Assembly: GCA_029856145.1 (NCBI GenBank)
Contig: JAHQWK010000007.1
Span: forward strand, 1 to 52,390
Length of the DNA stretch: 52,390 nt
Source of the DNA: Promethearchaeia archaeon
GTDB lineage: Archaea; Asgardarchaeota; Lokiarchaeia; Sigyniarchaeales; SOKP01
Direction of reading: 5' to 3'
Part shown: piece after piece, positions 1-10,700 of the stretch
Layout: each line of letters begins with the position of its first letter
Numbering within the stretch: position 1 is the first letter of the stretch
Position numbers and translations under genes: made by a program
Notes under the pieces: model-generated
The model's database searches: none
What the model saw: the letters and a program-made list of their open reading frames with translations, nothing else
What the model was told of the DNA's origin: nothing

Positions 1-263
1 GTAATATTATTGATCCTGTTAAGCCAGAAAATGCTATTATCTTTCCTTATAGTCAACACTTCATTATTAAGCAAGATCTGGAAAAATATTCGGTTAAAAA
101 TCAAAAGGACTTAGATCATCAAATAAAATCTTTCCTCAGCAGAACTGGATTTAAAGCTATGTCGGGTAAGGATATAAAAAAACCTATTTATGGAATGGTC
201 ATACTTTCTTACCTAATACTTATCAGTATAAATGTATTTTTACTAATACTACTCTTACTATAA
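1..263 (+). CDS. 3' part of a hypothetical protein with a C-terminal hydrophobic anchor (truncated by the window edge)
   Basis: Open frame from position 3 to TAA at 261-263, ending ...GMVILSYLILISINVFLLILLLL*. Confidence 0.6.
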   Translation, partial: NIIDPVKPENAIIFPYSQHFIIKQDLEKYSVKNQKDLDHQIKSFLSRTGFKAMSGKDIKKPIYGMVILSYLILISINVFLLILLLL

Positions 264-278
264 GGTTGGGTAAAAACT

Positions 279-1877
279 TCATTTTTTATTTTTCATTAAA
301 TTCTTGGCAGCTGCTAATCCTGTAAGGATCGCAATGGGTATTCCAGAAGGACTATATGCCCATTGACCAGCTTGGAGTATATTTGGAATAGGAGTTTTTA
401 CAGATGTAGTCATTTTAAGGATATTTTGAACCACAGGGATGGGATTTTCAAACGTCCAACCTGTTATTGCTCCTTCAGAACTTCCTACTCTGTTTGAAAT
501 GCTGACGGGTGTTAAAGAGAAACGAAAGAGAATCTTATCCTTGATTTTCGGGTATATGGATTTTGATAAAATCTCTAACATGCGATTCTCGACTTCTATT
601 TTGAATTCTTCATACCATCCTCCCTCTTGGACTTTTTTCATGAGATCATATTCAAAGAAAATGTTCACTATTAATCCAGTCTTTCCTTTTGGAGTTAAGG
701 TGGGGTCTCTAAGCCCTGGAATGGAAATCTCATAAGTATTTAATTGGCAATAATCGTCTAACCAATGCATAATGGCTTCTTTGGGAGTTGATTCGAAATT
801 CTTAATAATTTTTCTTAAAGTAGTCCAAGTTGATTCTCCTAAACCTTCTTTTGATGGAGTATAAAAAAAATGACCGTTCGAAATCGATTGAAATTTTTCG
901 AGAGGTTCGTCTATCCCTAGGAATAAAGAAAAGACTGAATCTCCGCCTCGATTTGATAGCAATTTATCTTTTTGAATTGATATCTTTCGAGAAACTTTTT
1001 CCTCTAAATCACGGAATGTAAGAAATCGATACAAAGATTTTAAATCCGCGCACCAAATAAGTTTTTCATAATTAAACGTGTTTCCATTGATATCAGTTAA
1101 CTTGTTTTCAGAAGGAATGATCTCGTGTATTTCTGTACCATATAAAATTGATCCTCCCCATTCAATGATTTTTTGCACGATGCCTTCTGGAATTATGCCC
1201 GTACCTCCCTTTGGATAATAATAATCGAGGTAAGTGTGAAAATAACCTAGGGCAAAAAAAGTAGGCGTGCTCTTGAAGAAATGTTGCGTCATAATATTGA
1301 TAAGTGATTGGTTTGAAGTCATTTTTTTTAGAGTATCTTCAACTGGATCATTCCTTCGATTTATCCGGCGAATAGCAAGAAGGAACTTGCCCAAATACGG
1401 AAGAAGCTCCTTAACAAGATAACCTATGTTTTTCATGTCTTTGAAAATCGGATTATCAATCTCGTTTAGAATGGCCATATCTTTCAGGATTTTTTCGATT
1501 AACAAGAAAATTGCGGCAATCTCCTCTTTGTTATCAGGATACAGCTTTTCTAATAGGGATTGATATTCATATATACTTTCATTTGACGTGAAGTGTAAAA
1601 TTTCATTCTCAATACCAATCGAAACCGGACTTTTAAGCATTTCAAGTGAAATTCCAAGGTCATTTAAAAAGGGTAGCACGGCTCCTGAATTTTCAATGGA
1701 CCTCGGACCCATATCAAAAACAAAACCATCTTTTTGGATTGAACTTAGCAGGCCACCACAAGTTTCGTTCTTTTCAATTAAAAGAACATCATATCCCGCC
1801 TTTGATAAATAAGCCGCAGCAGTTAACCCCGCCATCCCTGCTCCTACAATGATCACCTCATGGCTTGTAGTCGTCAT
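279..1877 (-). CDS. Phytoene dehydrogenase-like FAD-dependent oxidoreductase
   Basis: GAGMAG dinucleotide motif, FDMGP, YYPKGG, C-terminal AGQW..GIP. The ATG at 1877 overlaps the upstream TGA (ATGA), so it is preferred over 1910. Confidence 0.85.
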   Translation of the reverse strand: MTTTSHEVIIVGAGMAGLTAAAYLSKAGYDVLLIEKNETCGGLLSSIQKDGFVFDMGPRSIENSGAVLPFLNDLGISLEMLKSPVSIGIENEILHFTSNESIYEYQSLLEKLYPDNKEEIAAIFLLIEKILKDMAILNEIDNPIFKDMKNIGYLVKELLPYLGKFLLAIRRINRRNDPVEDTLKKMTSNQSLINIMTQHFFKSTPTFFALGYFHTYLDYYYPKGGTGIIPEGIVQKIIEWGGSILYGTEIHEIIPSENKLTDINGNTFNYEKLIWCADLKSLYRFLTFRDLEEKVSRKISIQKDKLLSNRGGDSVFSLFLGIDEPLEKFQSISNGHFFYTPSKEGLGESTWTTLRKIIKNFESTPKEAIMHWLDDYCQLNTYEISIPGLRDPTLTPKGKTGLIVNIFFEYDLMKKVQEGGWYEEFKIEVENRMLEILSKSIYPKIKDKILFRFSLTPVSISNRVGSSEGAITGWTFENPIPVVQNILKMTTSVKTPIPNILQAGQWAYSPSGIPIAILTGLAAAKNLMKNKK

Positions 1878-2836
1878 GCTAAACCGCCTAATTTTATACT
1901 TAAATCCCACAGCTCTTCTGCGACCTGCCTATCCAAAGCAGGAGGTGCAGGTTTTTCTTCTGCAGTAAGACGGTAAAACTTACTGCTCACTCCATTCATT
2001 TCCTTTGACACACCGAGATAGTATAAAGCTTTTGCGGATATCTCAGGTGATTTTGCTGCTCGATCAATTAAATGATGTTTAAAAAATCGATAAGTTCTTC
2101 CATTATTTTCTCCCATGTTTGTTTTTACACTCCCAGGATGCATTGCATTTATTAATACTCCACTATCTTTGAAATATTCGTTAAATGAAATCATTGAAAG
2201 CAGCTGAGCTATTTTGGCTTTCCCATAACTACGCAAACCTGAATAATGATGCTCTTCATACTCAAGATCATCTAAACTCAATCCAAGAAGAGCAAAGCGG
2301 TGACCTTCAGAATTTACAAATATAATTCTTGTATTACCTTGGGCTTTTAATTTATCCTTTAATATATAATTTAGAATAAAAGACCCAAGATAATCTACTT
2401 GGAAAACAAGTTCGATATTATCTTCAGTAAATATTTTTTTAGTAGAATAAACGCCTGCATTATGGATAAAAACATCAACATTTATATCTGAATCTAAAAG
2501 TTCATATCCAACTTTCTTTAAATCAGAAATGCGGGTAAAATCCGCAATCTTATATTCACATTCTACTCCATAATCTTGACGAATTTCTTCGCAAACTTTT
2601 ATCGATTTTTCTTCATTTCGATTTATTAGAAGAAGATTAGCTCCATGTGAAGCATACTTTCTCGCAGTACAATAACCGATTCCAGATGTCGCGCCCGTTA
2701 TCACAACTAACTTTTCTTTAAAGTCATCTTGGCATTCCTTTACCTCTGCCTTTTTATTCTTCCGCATTTGGCCCAATTGGCGCCAAAAAAAAGAATATTT
2801 AAAATATTCTTTTAAATATTTATTCAAGCAAATCAC
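1874..2836 (-). CDS. Short-chain dehydrogenase/reductase (retinol dehydrogenase-like)
   Basis: TGATSGIG, HNAG, YGKAK catalytic YxxxK, HPGSV. Overlaps both neighbours by 4 nt (operon). Confidence 0.85.
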   Translation of the reverse strand: MICLNKYLKEYFKYSFFWRQLGQMRKNKKAEVKECQDDFKEKLVVITGATSGIGYCTARKYASHGANLLLINRNEEKSIKVCEEIRQDYGVECEYKIADFTRISDLKKVGYELLDSDINVDVFIHNAGVYSTKKIFTEDNIELVFQVDYLGSFILNYILKDKLKAQGNTRIIFVNSEGHRFALLGLSLDDLEYEEHHYSGLRSYGKAKIAQLLSMISFNEYFKDSGVLINAMHPGSVKTNMGENNGRTYRFFKHHLIDRAAKSPEISAKALYYLGVSKEMNGVSSKFYRLTAEEKPAPPALDRQVAEELWDLSIKLGGLA

Positions 2837-3273
2837 CCGAACAATTTTCTCATGAACTTTCGATACCCTTTAGCTAAAAATGAAATATTATCCATGATAT
2901 CACCCCAGAGATCATAATAATCCCTTTGCTCTATGATTTTTCCCTTATCATTCAATTTCAGGCGACTTACCCCGAATATCTTCGAATCAGGAGTTTTCTT
3001 AAAACTTAATCCCATCTCCCATTCAAAAAAAATGATGTTCCCTTCAAAAAGAATGTTGACAATTTTCATTCTTAAATTTTTAGATCGCTCAACTAATCTT
3101 ACAGTCATAGCTTTAAATTCTTTTATACCTCGAATTTCTTGAATAGTATCACGAAAATATATCTTGTCGTCATAATATGGGAGGATATGCGACCAATCAG
3201 GTTTACCTTCGGTTTGGTAAATATTAGTCCATAATTCGACAAATTGCTCTTTACTTTCAATTCTAAAACTCAT
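2833..3273 (-). CDS. SnoaL-like / NTF2-family protein
   Basis: YDDKIYFRD and GKIIEQRDYYD motifs typical of SnoaL-like proteins. Confidence 0.8.
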   Translation of the reverse strand: MSFRIESKEQFVELWTNIYQTEGKPDWSHILPYYDDKIYFRDTIQEIRGIKEFKAMTVRLVERSKNLRMKIVNILFEGNIIFFEWEMGLSFKKTPDSKIFGVSRLKLNDKGKIIEQRDYYDLWGDIMDNISFLAKGYRKFMRKLFG

Positions 3274-3522
3274 GAATATTTTTCCAAGTTTAATTTTTTA
3301 CAGTAATATCTAATATAAGATAAGAATTTACAATATAAATAAAATTCATTAATAATTTTTAAGTCATAGATTTTACTAAAGTTAGAGATTATTATTGGTG
3401 GAGGGTTTTTTACTTTTCAATGTGAATAAAATTTTCTCTTAAAGCAGCACGTGTAACATGGAATCCACAGATAAATGGATACGATTTTACCAGATTTGAA
3501 GGAATAATAGCTGTATTTTGAA

Positions 3523-4146
3523 CTACTGTTCTCTTTTTCCTATTAATATCCACATTGTATGATATTCTGTGTCTTTTGCATAATTTTTATGATAAAATTC
3601 AGATAATTCATGAATCATCAAAAATTTGAAATCCTCGAGAAGCCCTTCCTTTGAGCTAAAATGTATGAAGTATTCACTTTGAAATGAGTTTGGATCGTCT
3701 TTAACAGGTATGCCTTCTCCGTAATATTGTGTATCATTTGAAGAAAGAGTACTCAAGAAAAAGAAGCCATTTGGCTTTAATATATTCTTAACTTTCGAAA
3801 TAAATGCGGTTCTGTCAGCTAAATTGAAGAAGTGATAAACCCCTGACATGTAAATTATATCATATTTAGTTTCATCTAAATCCTTCCAATCCATGCATTC
3901 AAATGTGACATTATCTTTGTTTGTATTAAGTTTGATGGCTTTTTTAATTGCGTTTGATGATATATCGATTCCTTTTATTTTAAAATTGTTAAAATTCAAA
4001 GAAATATAGTCGATATCACGTCCTTCCCCACATCCAATGTCTAGAAATGATATAAATGTAGATTTATTCAGTTCTTTTTTAAGAAAGCTTGAAGCTACAC
4101 TAACTACTTTACTAACTTTATCCTCGCCACTTGGAATATGGTTCAT
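3523..4146 (-). CDS. Class I SAM-dependent methyltransferase
   Basis: LDIGCGEG motif I, GIDIS, LKPNG. Confidence 0.85.
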   Translation of the reverse strand: MNHIPSGEDKVSKVVSVASSFLKKELNKSTFISFLDIGCGEGRDIDYISLNFNNFKIKGIDISSNAIKKAIKLNTNKDNVTFECMDWKDLDETKYDIIYMSGVYHFFNLADRTAFISKVKNILKPNGFFFLSTLSSNDTQYYGEGIPVKDDPNSFQSEYFIHFSSKEGLLEDFKFLMIHELSEFYHKNYAKDTEYHTMWILIGKREQ

Positions 4147-4973
4147 AATTCAATTATATTTGATTTCTTTAATAAGATTAGACCATCTAAAGTCCATATA
4201 GGTCTCCAATGAGGTAAATTCTGATAGATTATTTTTAAACCACCATCGTCTTGAAGACCATTTAAAAAATTAACTACTTCATTTTTTACTGCTCTATCAT
4301 CCACAATATCTAGAGCATGGTACCAATGTCGACCAAATAAAGGATAATGGGCATTATTTTTTTTAAAAATACTCGGGAGTTGGTTTATAATCTGATTTAG
4401 CATCTTTTTTTCCTCTATATTCTCTCCTAGGTATTTCAGATATATAAAATAAGGATATTCATAGAAAGTAAATTCTTTAGGAAGAGAGTTGTTTGAATAA
4501 AAAGATTTTACTTTTTTAAAAAAAGACGATTCTTTATATCCCCATTTTTTAAGAAAACCTGATATCGCTAATATTCTAAGATCATCAGGACCATCCCACC
4601 AATCTTGAAAGGGAAAATTATACATAGTTTTAGGAGGGTGGTTAATATATCCTTCTTCATTTTGCTCTTCAATAATCCAATTAATTAAATGCTCTGTGAT
4701 TTCATTATCTACATAATCTATGAGATCAAGAATATACAGAGCAGTTTCAGCACCAATAGCAGTACTGTCTGGACATAATAAATCTGGTTCAATTCCATTA
4801 CCAAATCCTCCATCCAAATTCTGATATGCCACTAAAGTCTTAATAACTTCATCTCTATTTCCATTTTCAAAAAAGAATGAAAATAATTTTCTCTCAAGGA
4901 GCCTTCCATTTCGGAATATAAACTCTCTTATCTTTTTAAACTGTTTTTCATCAATAGCTCTCATAAAAAACAC
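4143..4973 (-). CDS. Prenyltransferase/squalene-cyclase-repeat (alpha/alpha toroid) protein
   Basis: QW-like repeats YQNLDGGFG, QNEEG, LQDDGG. Confidence 0.6.
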   Translation of the reverse strand: MFFMRAIDEKQFKKIREFIFRNGRLLERKLFSFFFENGNRDEVIKTLVAYQNLDGGFGNGIEPDLLCPDSTAIGAETALYILDLIDYVDNEITEHLINWIIEEQNEEGYINHPPKTMYNFPFQDWWDGPDDLRILAISGFLKKWGYKESSFFKKVKSFYSNNSLPKEFTFYEYPYFIYLKYLGENIEEKKMLNQIINQLPSIFKKNNAHYPLFGRHWYHALDIVDDRAVKNEVVNFLNGLQDDGGLKIIYQNLPHWRPIWTLDGLILLKKSNIIEL

Positions 4974-5106
4974 AATCTCATTTTTGCAAAATAATTAAAT
5001 GGGGCTTGCTAATTACTAATTTTATTTACAATTAGTTAAGGATTTTCACTTTTTTTTCTTTTTTTTGTTATTGAAAATTCTTTTAAAAGTTAATAATTAA
5101 GCTATT

Positions 5107-6048
5107 CTAATCTAATTGGCTTCCACAATTTTCACAATATTTATTAGTTTTTAAATTTTCAGAGCCACAAGAATGACACATTATTTTTTCTGGTTCTTGT
5201 CTCGGTGCTGGCTGATATATAGGTTCTGGTTGAGATACAAGTTGTGATTGGTAAGACGGGGGTGATTGGACTTTTTTTAAATCTACATATTTTGCTATCA
5301 TCGCTTTTTGCTTTCTAATTCGAGCATTATTTCGGAGCTTTTTTTCTAGTATTTCATGAGGAATAAAATAAATTGCCATAATAATAATACTGATTACAAT
5401 ATTTTCATACAATTGATTTATAGCACTCCAAATTATGAAAATAGGAAAGTAAATGATGAGAGTCACCGCTATAGATTCAGTTATAACTCGAAAGGCTTTT
5501 TCATTGAAAGTATAATCTTTAAATTTTACTTTAAAATCTTTTGAATCAACTTGAATTAAATTTTCAATTTCTTTTTCTTGCCTATATACTGGTTGAGGTA
5601 TTGCTTGTGGCCGAGGTATTGCTTGTGGCTGAGCTATATCTTGTGGTTGAGGTATAGGTTGCTGGTGAGAGATAGATTCTGGTTGAAATGATCTAATTTT
5701 TGCTGCTATTTGTCCTAATTCATTCATTTTTTTCTCTAATTCATTAATCCCATCATTATTAAATACACTCGTGATTAAACCAATAAATTGTGGACGTTGG
5801 GTGGCCTTTATTAGATTAGAAAGACCGTCAGCTATCTGATATTTAGTGATAGGCCTATTATAACTGTCTTTACCTTTTTTTAAAGCGTTAATTGCATCAT
5901 CGATATTTGAACAGATTATTGGAACTTGCTCTTTTGCTTGAGCTATGCCAGCTCCAAAGGTAAAAATCGATGTAGGATATCTTTGAGGTAATTCCAAGAT
6001 GTTTGACTTAAGAGTATGCAGTTCCCGGATGATTGTATTTTTATCCAT
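5107..6048 (-). CDS. Membrane protein with Gln/Pro-rich linkers and a C-terminal double zinc ribbon
   Basis: Two hydrophobic helices, QP(I)PQP repeats, CHSCG...CENCG. Confidence 0.7.
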   Translation of the reverse strand: MDKNTIIRELHTLKSNILELPQRYPTSIFTFGAGIAQAKEQVPIICSNIDDAINALKKGKDSYNRPITKYQIADGLSNLIKATQRPQFIGLITSVFNNDGINELEKKMNELGQIAAKIRSFQPESISHQQPIPQPQDIAQPQAIPRPQAIPQPVYRQEKEIENLIQVDSKDFKVKFKDYTFNEKAFRVITESIAVTLIIYFPIFIIWSAINQLYENIVISIIIMAIYFIPHEILEKKLRNNARIRKQKAMIAKYVDLKKVQSPPSYQSQLVSQPEPIYQPAPRQEPEKIMCHSCGSENLKTNKYCENCGSQLD

Positions 6049-6307
6049 TTCCCTTTTTATTCCAAATTTAATTAGAATGAATATTATTTAACATCAAATA
6101 ATATCGCGATTAATCATTTTTAAAGTTATAAAAATATTTTAGGTTTCTCGATTTATCTCGTTCTTAGCTTCAGTTTTATCTTTGATTTTTTTAATGACGA
6201 ATTAAGGATTTGCAATATTATTCTACTAATTCTTCTAATCTAGTAATTTAAAAACTTTTTGACTTTATCGTTAATTTTTTAATACATATTTTTCTGGAAA
6301 AATTTCT

Positions 6308-6361
6308 TGGATCTTACCCTTAGGCATAGATAATTTCAATTAACCACAATTAAAAAATATG
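6308..6361. repeat. Dispersed ~54-bp intergenic repeat, copy 1
   Basis: tggatcttacccttaggcatagataatttcaattaaccacaattaaaaaatatg; 50/54 identical to 15159-15212. Confidence 0.85.
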
Positions 6362-6490
6362 AATAGTTTTTTTAAATTCTAAAGAAAAGAAATCATATAT
6401 AAATGACTAGTGTTGTTTGGGTCTTTTTCAATAAACCTAAAATATAAGGCGTTATTATTTTGTAACTTAGTTTTCTAAAGCAAAAAAATA

Positions 6491-7429
6491 GTGTGCCGAA
6501 ATAAAATGAGTCAAAAGAGAGAGAAAGTGAAATGTCCGGTTTGCGGTTTTAAATTTATTCCAGAATCTTTTCATTTTGAAAAAACAAGTTTTGATCAGAG
6601 AGAAAGTAAAGGGGAGCTTATAGAATTTCCAAATGGGAAACATCAGTTAGAGCTGAAACCGTTCACTTCGATTCGGGGGTCATTTGTAACGTATTGTCCT
6701 GAATGTAAATATCTAATAAAATTTGCTGCGGAAATAGGCAGGAAAGAAGTAGTGGAAGACCCCTCTCTTATAAAAAAATTGGGTGCGATTAAGGAATTTG
6801 GGAACGTATATAAATATATGTATGAACCAAGTGAGAAACCCTACATGGATTATTCAGATTATTTTTTAGAAAAAGCAGATAATATTAAAAAAAGCATTAA
6901 AACTGCTTTAGATGAAGTCAATTTGGCTCAGTGGGGTACTTCCTATAACCAATGGAAAGAGAATAAATCTATTGACTCATTCAAATTCTTGATACACTTC
7001 TTTTCTACTTTAATGGATTATTTAGATTCTCAAGTAGATGATTCTGATAACAAAACAGTAATACAAAAAATATCAGAGCTAAATCTATCGAAGAACCTTG
7101 ATATGTTGATTAAAAAAGTAAGAGAATTAAGGAATAAAATCGCGCATGAAGTTTATGAATTAAGTGAGGAGGAGGAAGAATTAGTCGAGAACTCCTTTAC
7201 TCAATTCATGCATTATTTAATACTCAAACAATTAACTCCTTTAAATCTAAACAAGATCAAAATTGAGCAAGACTATAAATTCATTGATATAAATAAAATC
7301 AATTACGAAATCTTAAGATTTCTCCATTTATATTTAGGAAATTTGCTGCGTATAAAGAATTTTTATCATGAATTTTTAATCCCGTTATTTATAGATCTCA
7401 AAATAAAATACTCTGATTATAATCCCTAA
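6491..7429 (+). CDS. Zinc-ribbon protein with a putative HEPN-like domain
   Basis: CPVC...CPEC at the N-terminus; RNKIAH matches the HEPN RxxxxH motif. Likely ATG start at 6506. Confidence 0.55.
   Translation: MCRNKMSQKREKVKCPVCGFKFIPESFHFEKTSFDQRESKGELIEFPNGKHQLELKPFTSIRGSFVTYCPECKYLIKFAAEIGRKEVVEDPSLIKKLGAIKEFGNVYKYMYEPSEKPYMDYSDYFLEKADNIKKSIKTALDEVNLAQWGTSYNQWKENKSIDSFKFLIHFFSTLMDYLDSQVDDSDNKTVIQKISELNLSKNLDMLIKKVRELRNKIAHEVYELSEEEEELVENSFTQFMHYLILKQLTPLNLNKIKIEQDYKFIDINKINYEILRFLHLYLGNLLRIKNFYHEFLIPLFIDLKIKYSDYNP
7292..7342 (+). repeat. 51-bp segment duplicated at 11207-11257
   Basis: 49/51 identity; both differences are synonymous in this ORF's frame. Confidence 0.85.
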
Positions 7430-7741
7430 AGACTTGCTTTTTTGGGTAGATACAAAATGTAGTGATGAGTTTTAAATCTTTCCACTTAATTAAATTAAAA
7501 AAAAAAATAAAATCAACAACAATTAAAAAAAGAATATTTTTTGAATTATGAGAAATCAATTTGAAACATTTTTCTACTCGAATTTTTATTAGTAAACTAT
7601 AGTTAAGTTCTAAAATTTAAAATTAGGAGCATTACTGTTTAGACTTTATTAGATATTATATTCATATATATTTTTATAAAATAATTCAGTTATTTAGTAT
7701 TAAAGCTTAATTTTATAATAATAAATAGAGGTTATTTATAT

Positions 7742-10700
7742 TTGAGAATTTTAATTTTAAGTCATCGGAACCCATATTTTCCTCCCTATATTTTTTTAAA
7801 AATGCCTGAAGCGATTCAAAGAGATGATATCAAACAAGTTCCTTTATTGATAGATCTCTATGATAGCGGTTTTTTTAAACATGCGTTTGGAACTTTTAAA
7901 ACAGCTAATTTAATCTTTGAAATTCCAAGTGAATACTCAAGAACAAAAAAGGAGCGCCTTTTAATTTCACTAGTTATTGATAGCAAATCCAAAATTAATT
8001 CTACTTTAGCCCAAAAGTTTTTAGAGGGACTTGTTGAAGATTTCAAAAAAATCGAAGACGCTTTCAAGGCTTTTTATGTAGACTCTAAAATTTATGAAGG
8101 AGATCCCACTAAACTAGAGGAAATTAGAGCACTTCTAAATGCGTTTAATATTTCTTTTCCAGAAGAAGAAGTCATATTTGAACAAAAAGAGGCAAAAATT
8201 TTAATTTTTGGGCTTTCAGTGGCGGGGAAAACGACAATAATTCGAACGAGAAGAAAATCAGTATCAAAAACAATATTTCCAACTATAAATGTAGACATTT
8301 CTAGAATTTTAGTTAATAATGTATCTTTGTTAACATATGATATACCTGGAAAATATAAAGTTAAGGAAATATGGAAACCTTATTTAAAAAATCAGGATGG
8401 GTTGATTTTTGTTTTAGATGTTACTGATAAAATAAAATTCTCATATGCACGCGAATTACTGCATGAAATTGCCGGAAAACCAGAGTTAAGTGAATTGCCA
8501 CTTCTTATCCTTTTCAATAAAATTGATTTAAAGCAACCAGATATTAATGATCTAGAAGAAGCGATGGGACTGAAGAAACTCGGAAAGAGACCAATAAAAT
8601 CATTTTTGACAAGTGGAATTAAAAACATAAATATTGATGAGGCATTTAATTGGCTTTCACTTAAAATTGCAGAGAGAATTGAACAATATATTCCAAGAAG
8701 AGAGGTCGGGATAATTTTTTGTCGATGGGATGAAAATCTAGGTATTAAAATCGAAGCAGTTCATCCTAAAGATGCTTTTGAGAATCCAGAATTGATATCT
8801 GTTAAAAGTTTTTCAATATCACAGTTTATTTTTGGAGGAGATGAAATTAGACCAACCTCAGTAATTCTTCCATTTCCTCACCTAAATTCAAATGCAGCGA
8901 TTTATTTTGACTATGTCCAAAATGAGAGTATTAGAGGTGGTTTATTACCTTTATCTTTAATAATTTATTACAATGAAAAAATTCCCAAAAATATAATTAA
9001 CCAATTTAGTTCTTTCATTCTTAAACAATTTGATGATATAAAAAAAAATTATTCAAATAAAAAGCAAGTAGTAGATATTCTTGAGTCTATTCACAGTACA
9101 ATAATAAATCAAATTGCTTTATTTCAACCTTCAATTGAAGCACTTAAAATAGCCGAATTACGTTATGAGGCTTTATTTAAAGCGGCTCGAGATGCTATTT
9201 TAATAATTGATAAAAAATCAGGAATAATAATGGATGCGAACAAAGAAGCGGAGAAATTATTTCAACGACCATTTGAAGATTTCATTGGTTTGCATTCAAG
9301 TCAAATATTAAGTGGTATAATTAATATAGATTTTAATGAAGAAGTATTTGATCAACTTAATTATCCATTTCCTTTAAGATTAGAGGTTATTGATAATTCT
9401 GGTAATCTTATTCCAGTTGAAATTAGTGTAAATGAAGTTCAGATGGGGGGTCAAATCTTTGTTCAATACATAATTCGAGATATTAGTAAGAGAATAGAAG
9501 CAGAAATTAAATTAAAGCATTCTGAAATAAAGTATCGTCATCTTTTCAAAGATTCACCCTTTTCTATTCTTTTAATTGATCCTAAAGGTTCTTTAGTTGA
9601 TTTCAATCCTGCTTTAGAAGAAACTTTAGGATATACAAGAGAGGAATTAATGGGAAGAAAATTTGTAGATCTTTCATTAATACATCAAGATTATCTGGTA
9701 GAAGTTCTTAAAAGATTGAAAAAAGAAGAAAGAGGTAAGATTTTTCCTCCATTAGAAATTCAACTCTATCAAAAAAATGGCAAGCTCATTTGGGTAAATA
9801 TGCAATCATCTTTTGTTAATATTGGTGATGAAACCTTTTATCAAATAATTTGTCAGAATATAACAGAACAGAAAAAAATAGAACAGGAATTAAAGAAAAT
9901 TTCTAGATTAAAAGCTATTATTACAGGAATTGTATCAAGATTTGTAGGTATACAAGATTTTAATCAGGCAATAATTGATTCACTTAGAGATGTTGGTGAA
10001 TTTGTTAACGCAACACGAGCATATCTTTATATCTTTAATAATAATTTTAATTTCATAAAAAGAAATTACGTTTGGTATGGTAAGTTGATTTATCCCCAAA
10101 TTAATTTACCTGAAAATATATTAATTAATAATTTTCCATCCGTAATTGAGAAATTAAAAAAATCTGATTATTTTTATGTTAAAAATGTAGATACACTTCC
10201 TAAAGAAGCAATAAATTTAAAGAGTTTTCTTGAAAATCAAAAAGTTAAAAATTTTTTAACATTTTCGGTAAAAATTAATGGGATCTTAGAAGGAATTGTT
10301 TGTTTTGATAATATAAAGGACGAGGATTATTGGATAGAAGAAAATTTAGAATTATTAAGCATTATTTCAGATATTCTTAAAAATGTGATGCTACGTAAAT
10401 TAGCTGAAGAGAATTTACGTATAAGTAAAGAAACTATCCACCAAGAATTTGATAGAGAGTATTTTTATAAAGAGCTATTCGTGAATGATATAAATACAAT
10501 AATTAAGAACATTCAATCATTATTAGACGAATATACCAAGCAAGATAATCAAATTTTATTAAAACCTAAAAGAGAATTATTATTTTATATTAAAGATCAA
10601 TGCATAAACGGTCAACTTTTAATATATATAATAAAAAAATTAACGCTGATTAATGAAACAAATGTTGTAATTAAACCAGTAAATATAAATAATGTAATTG

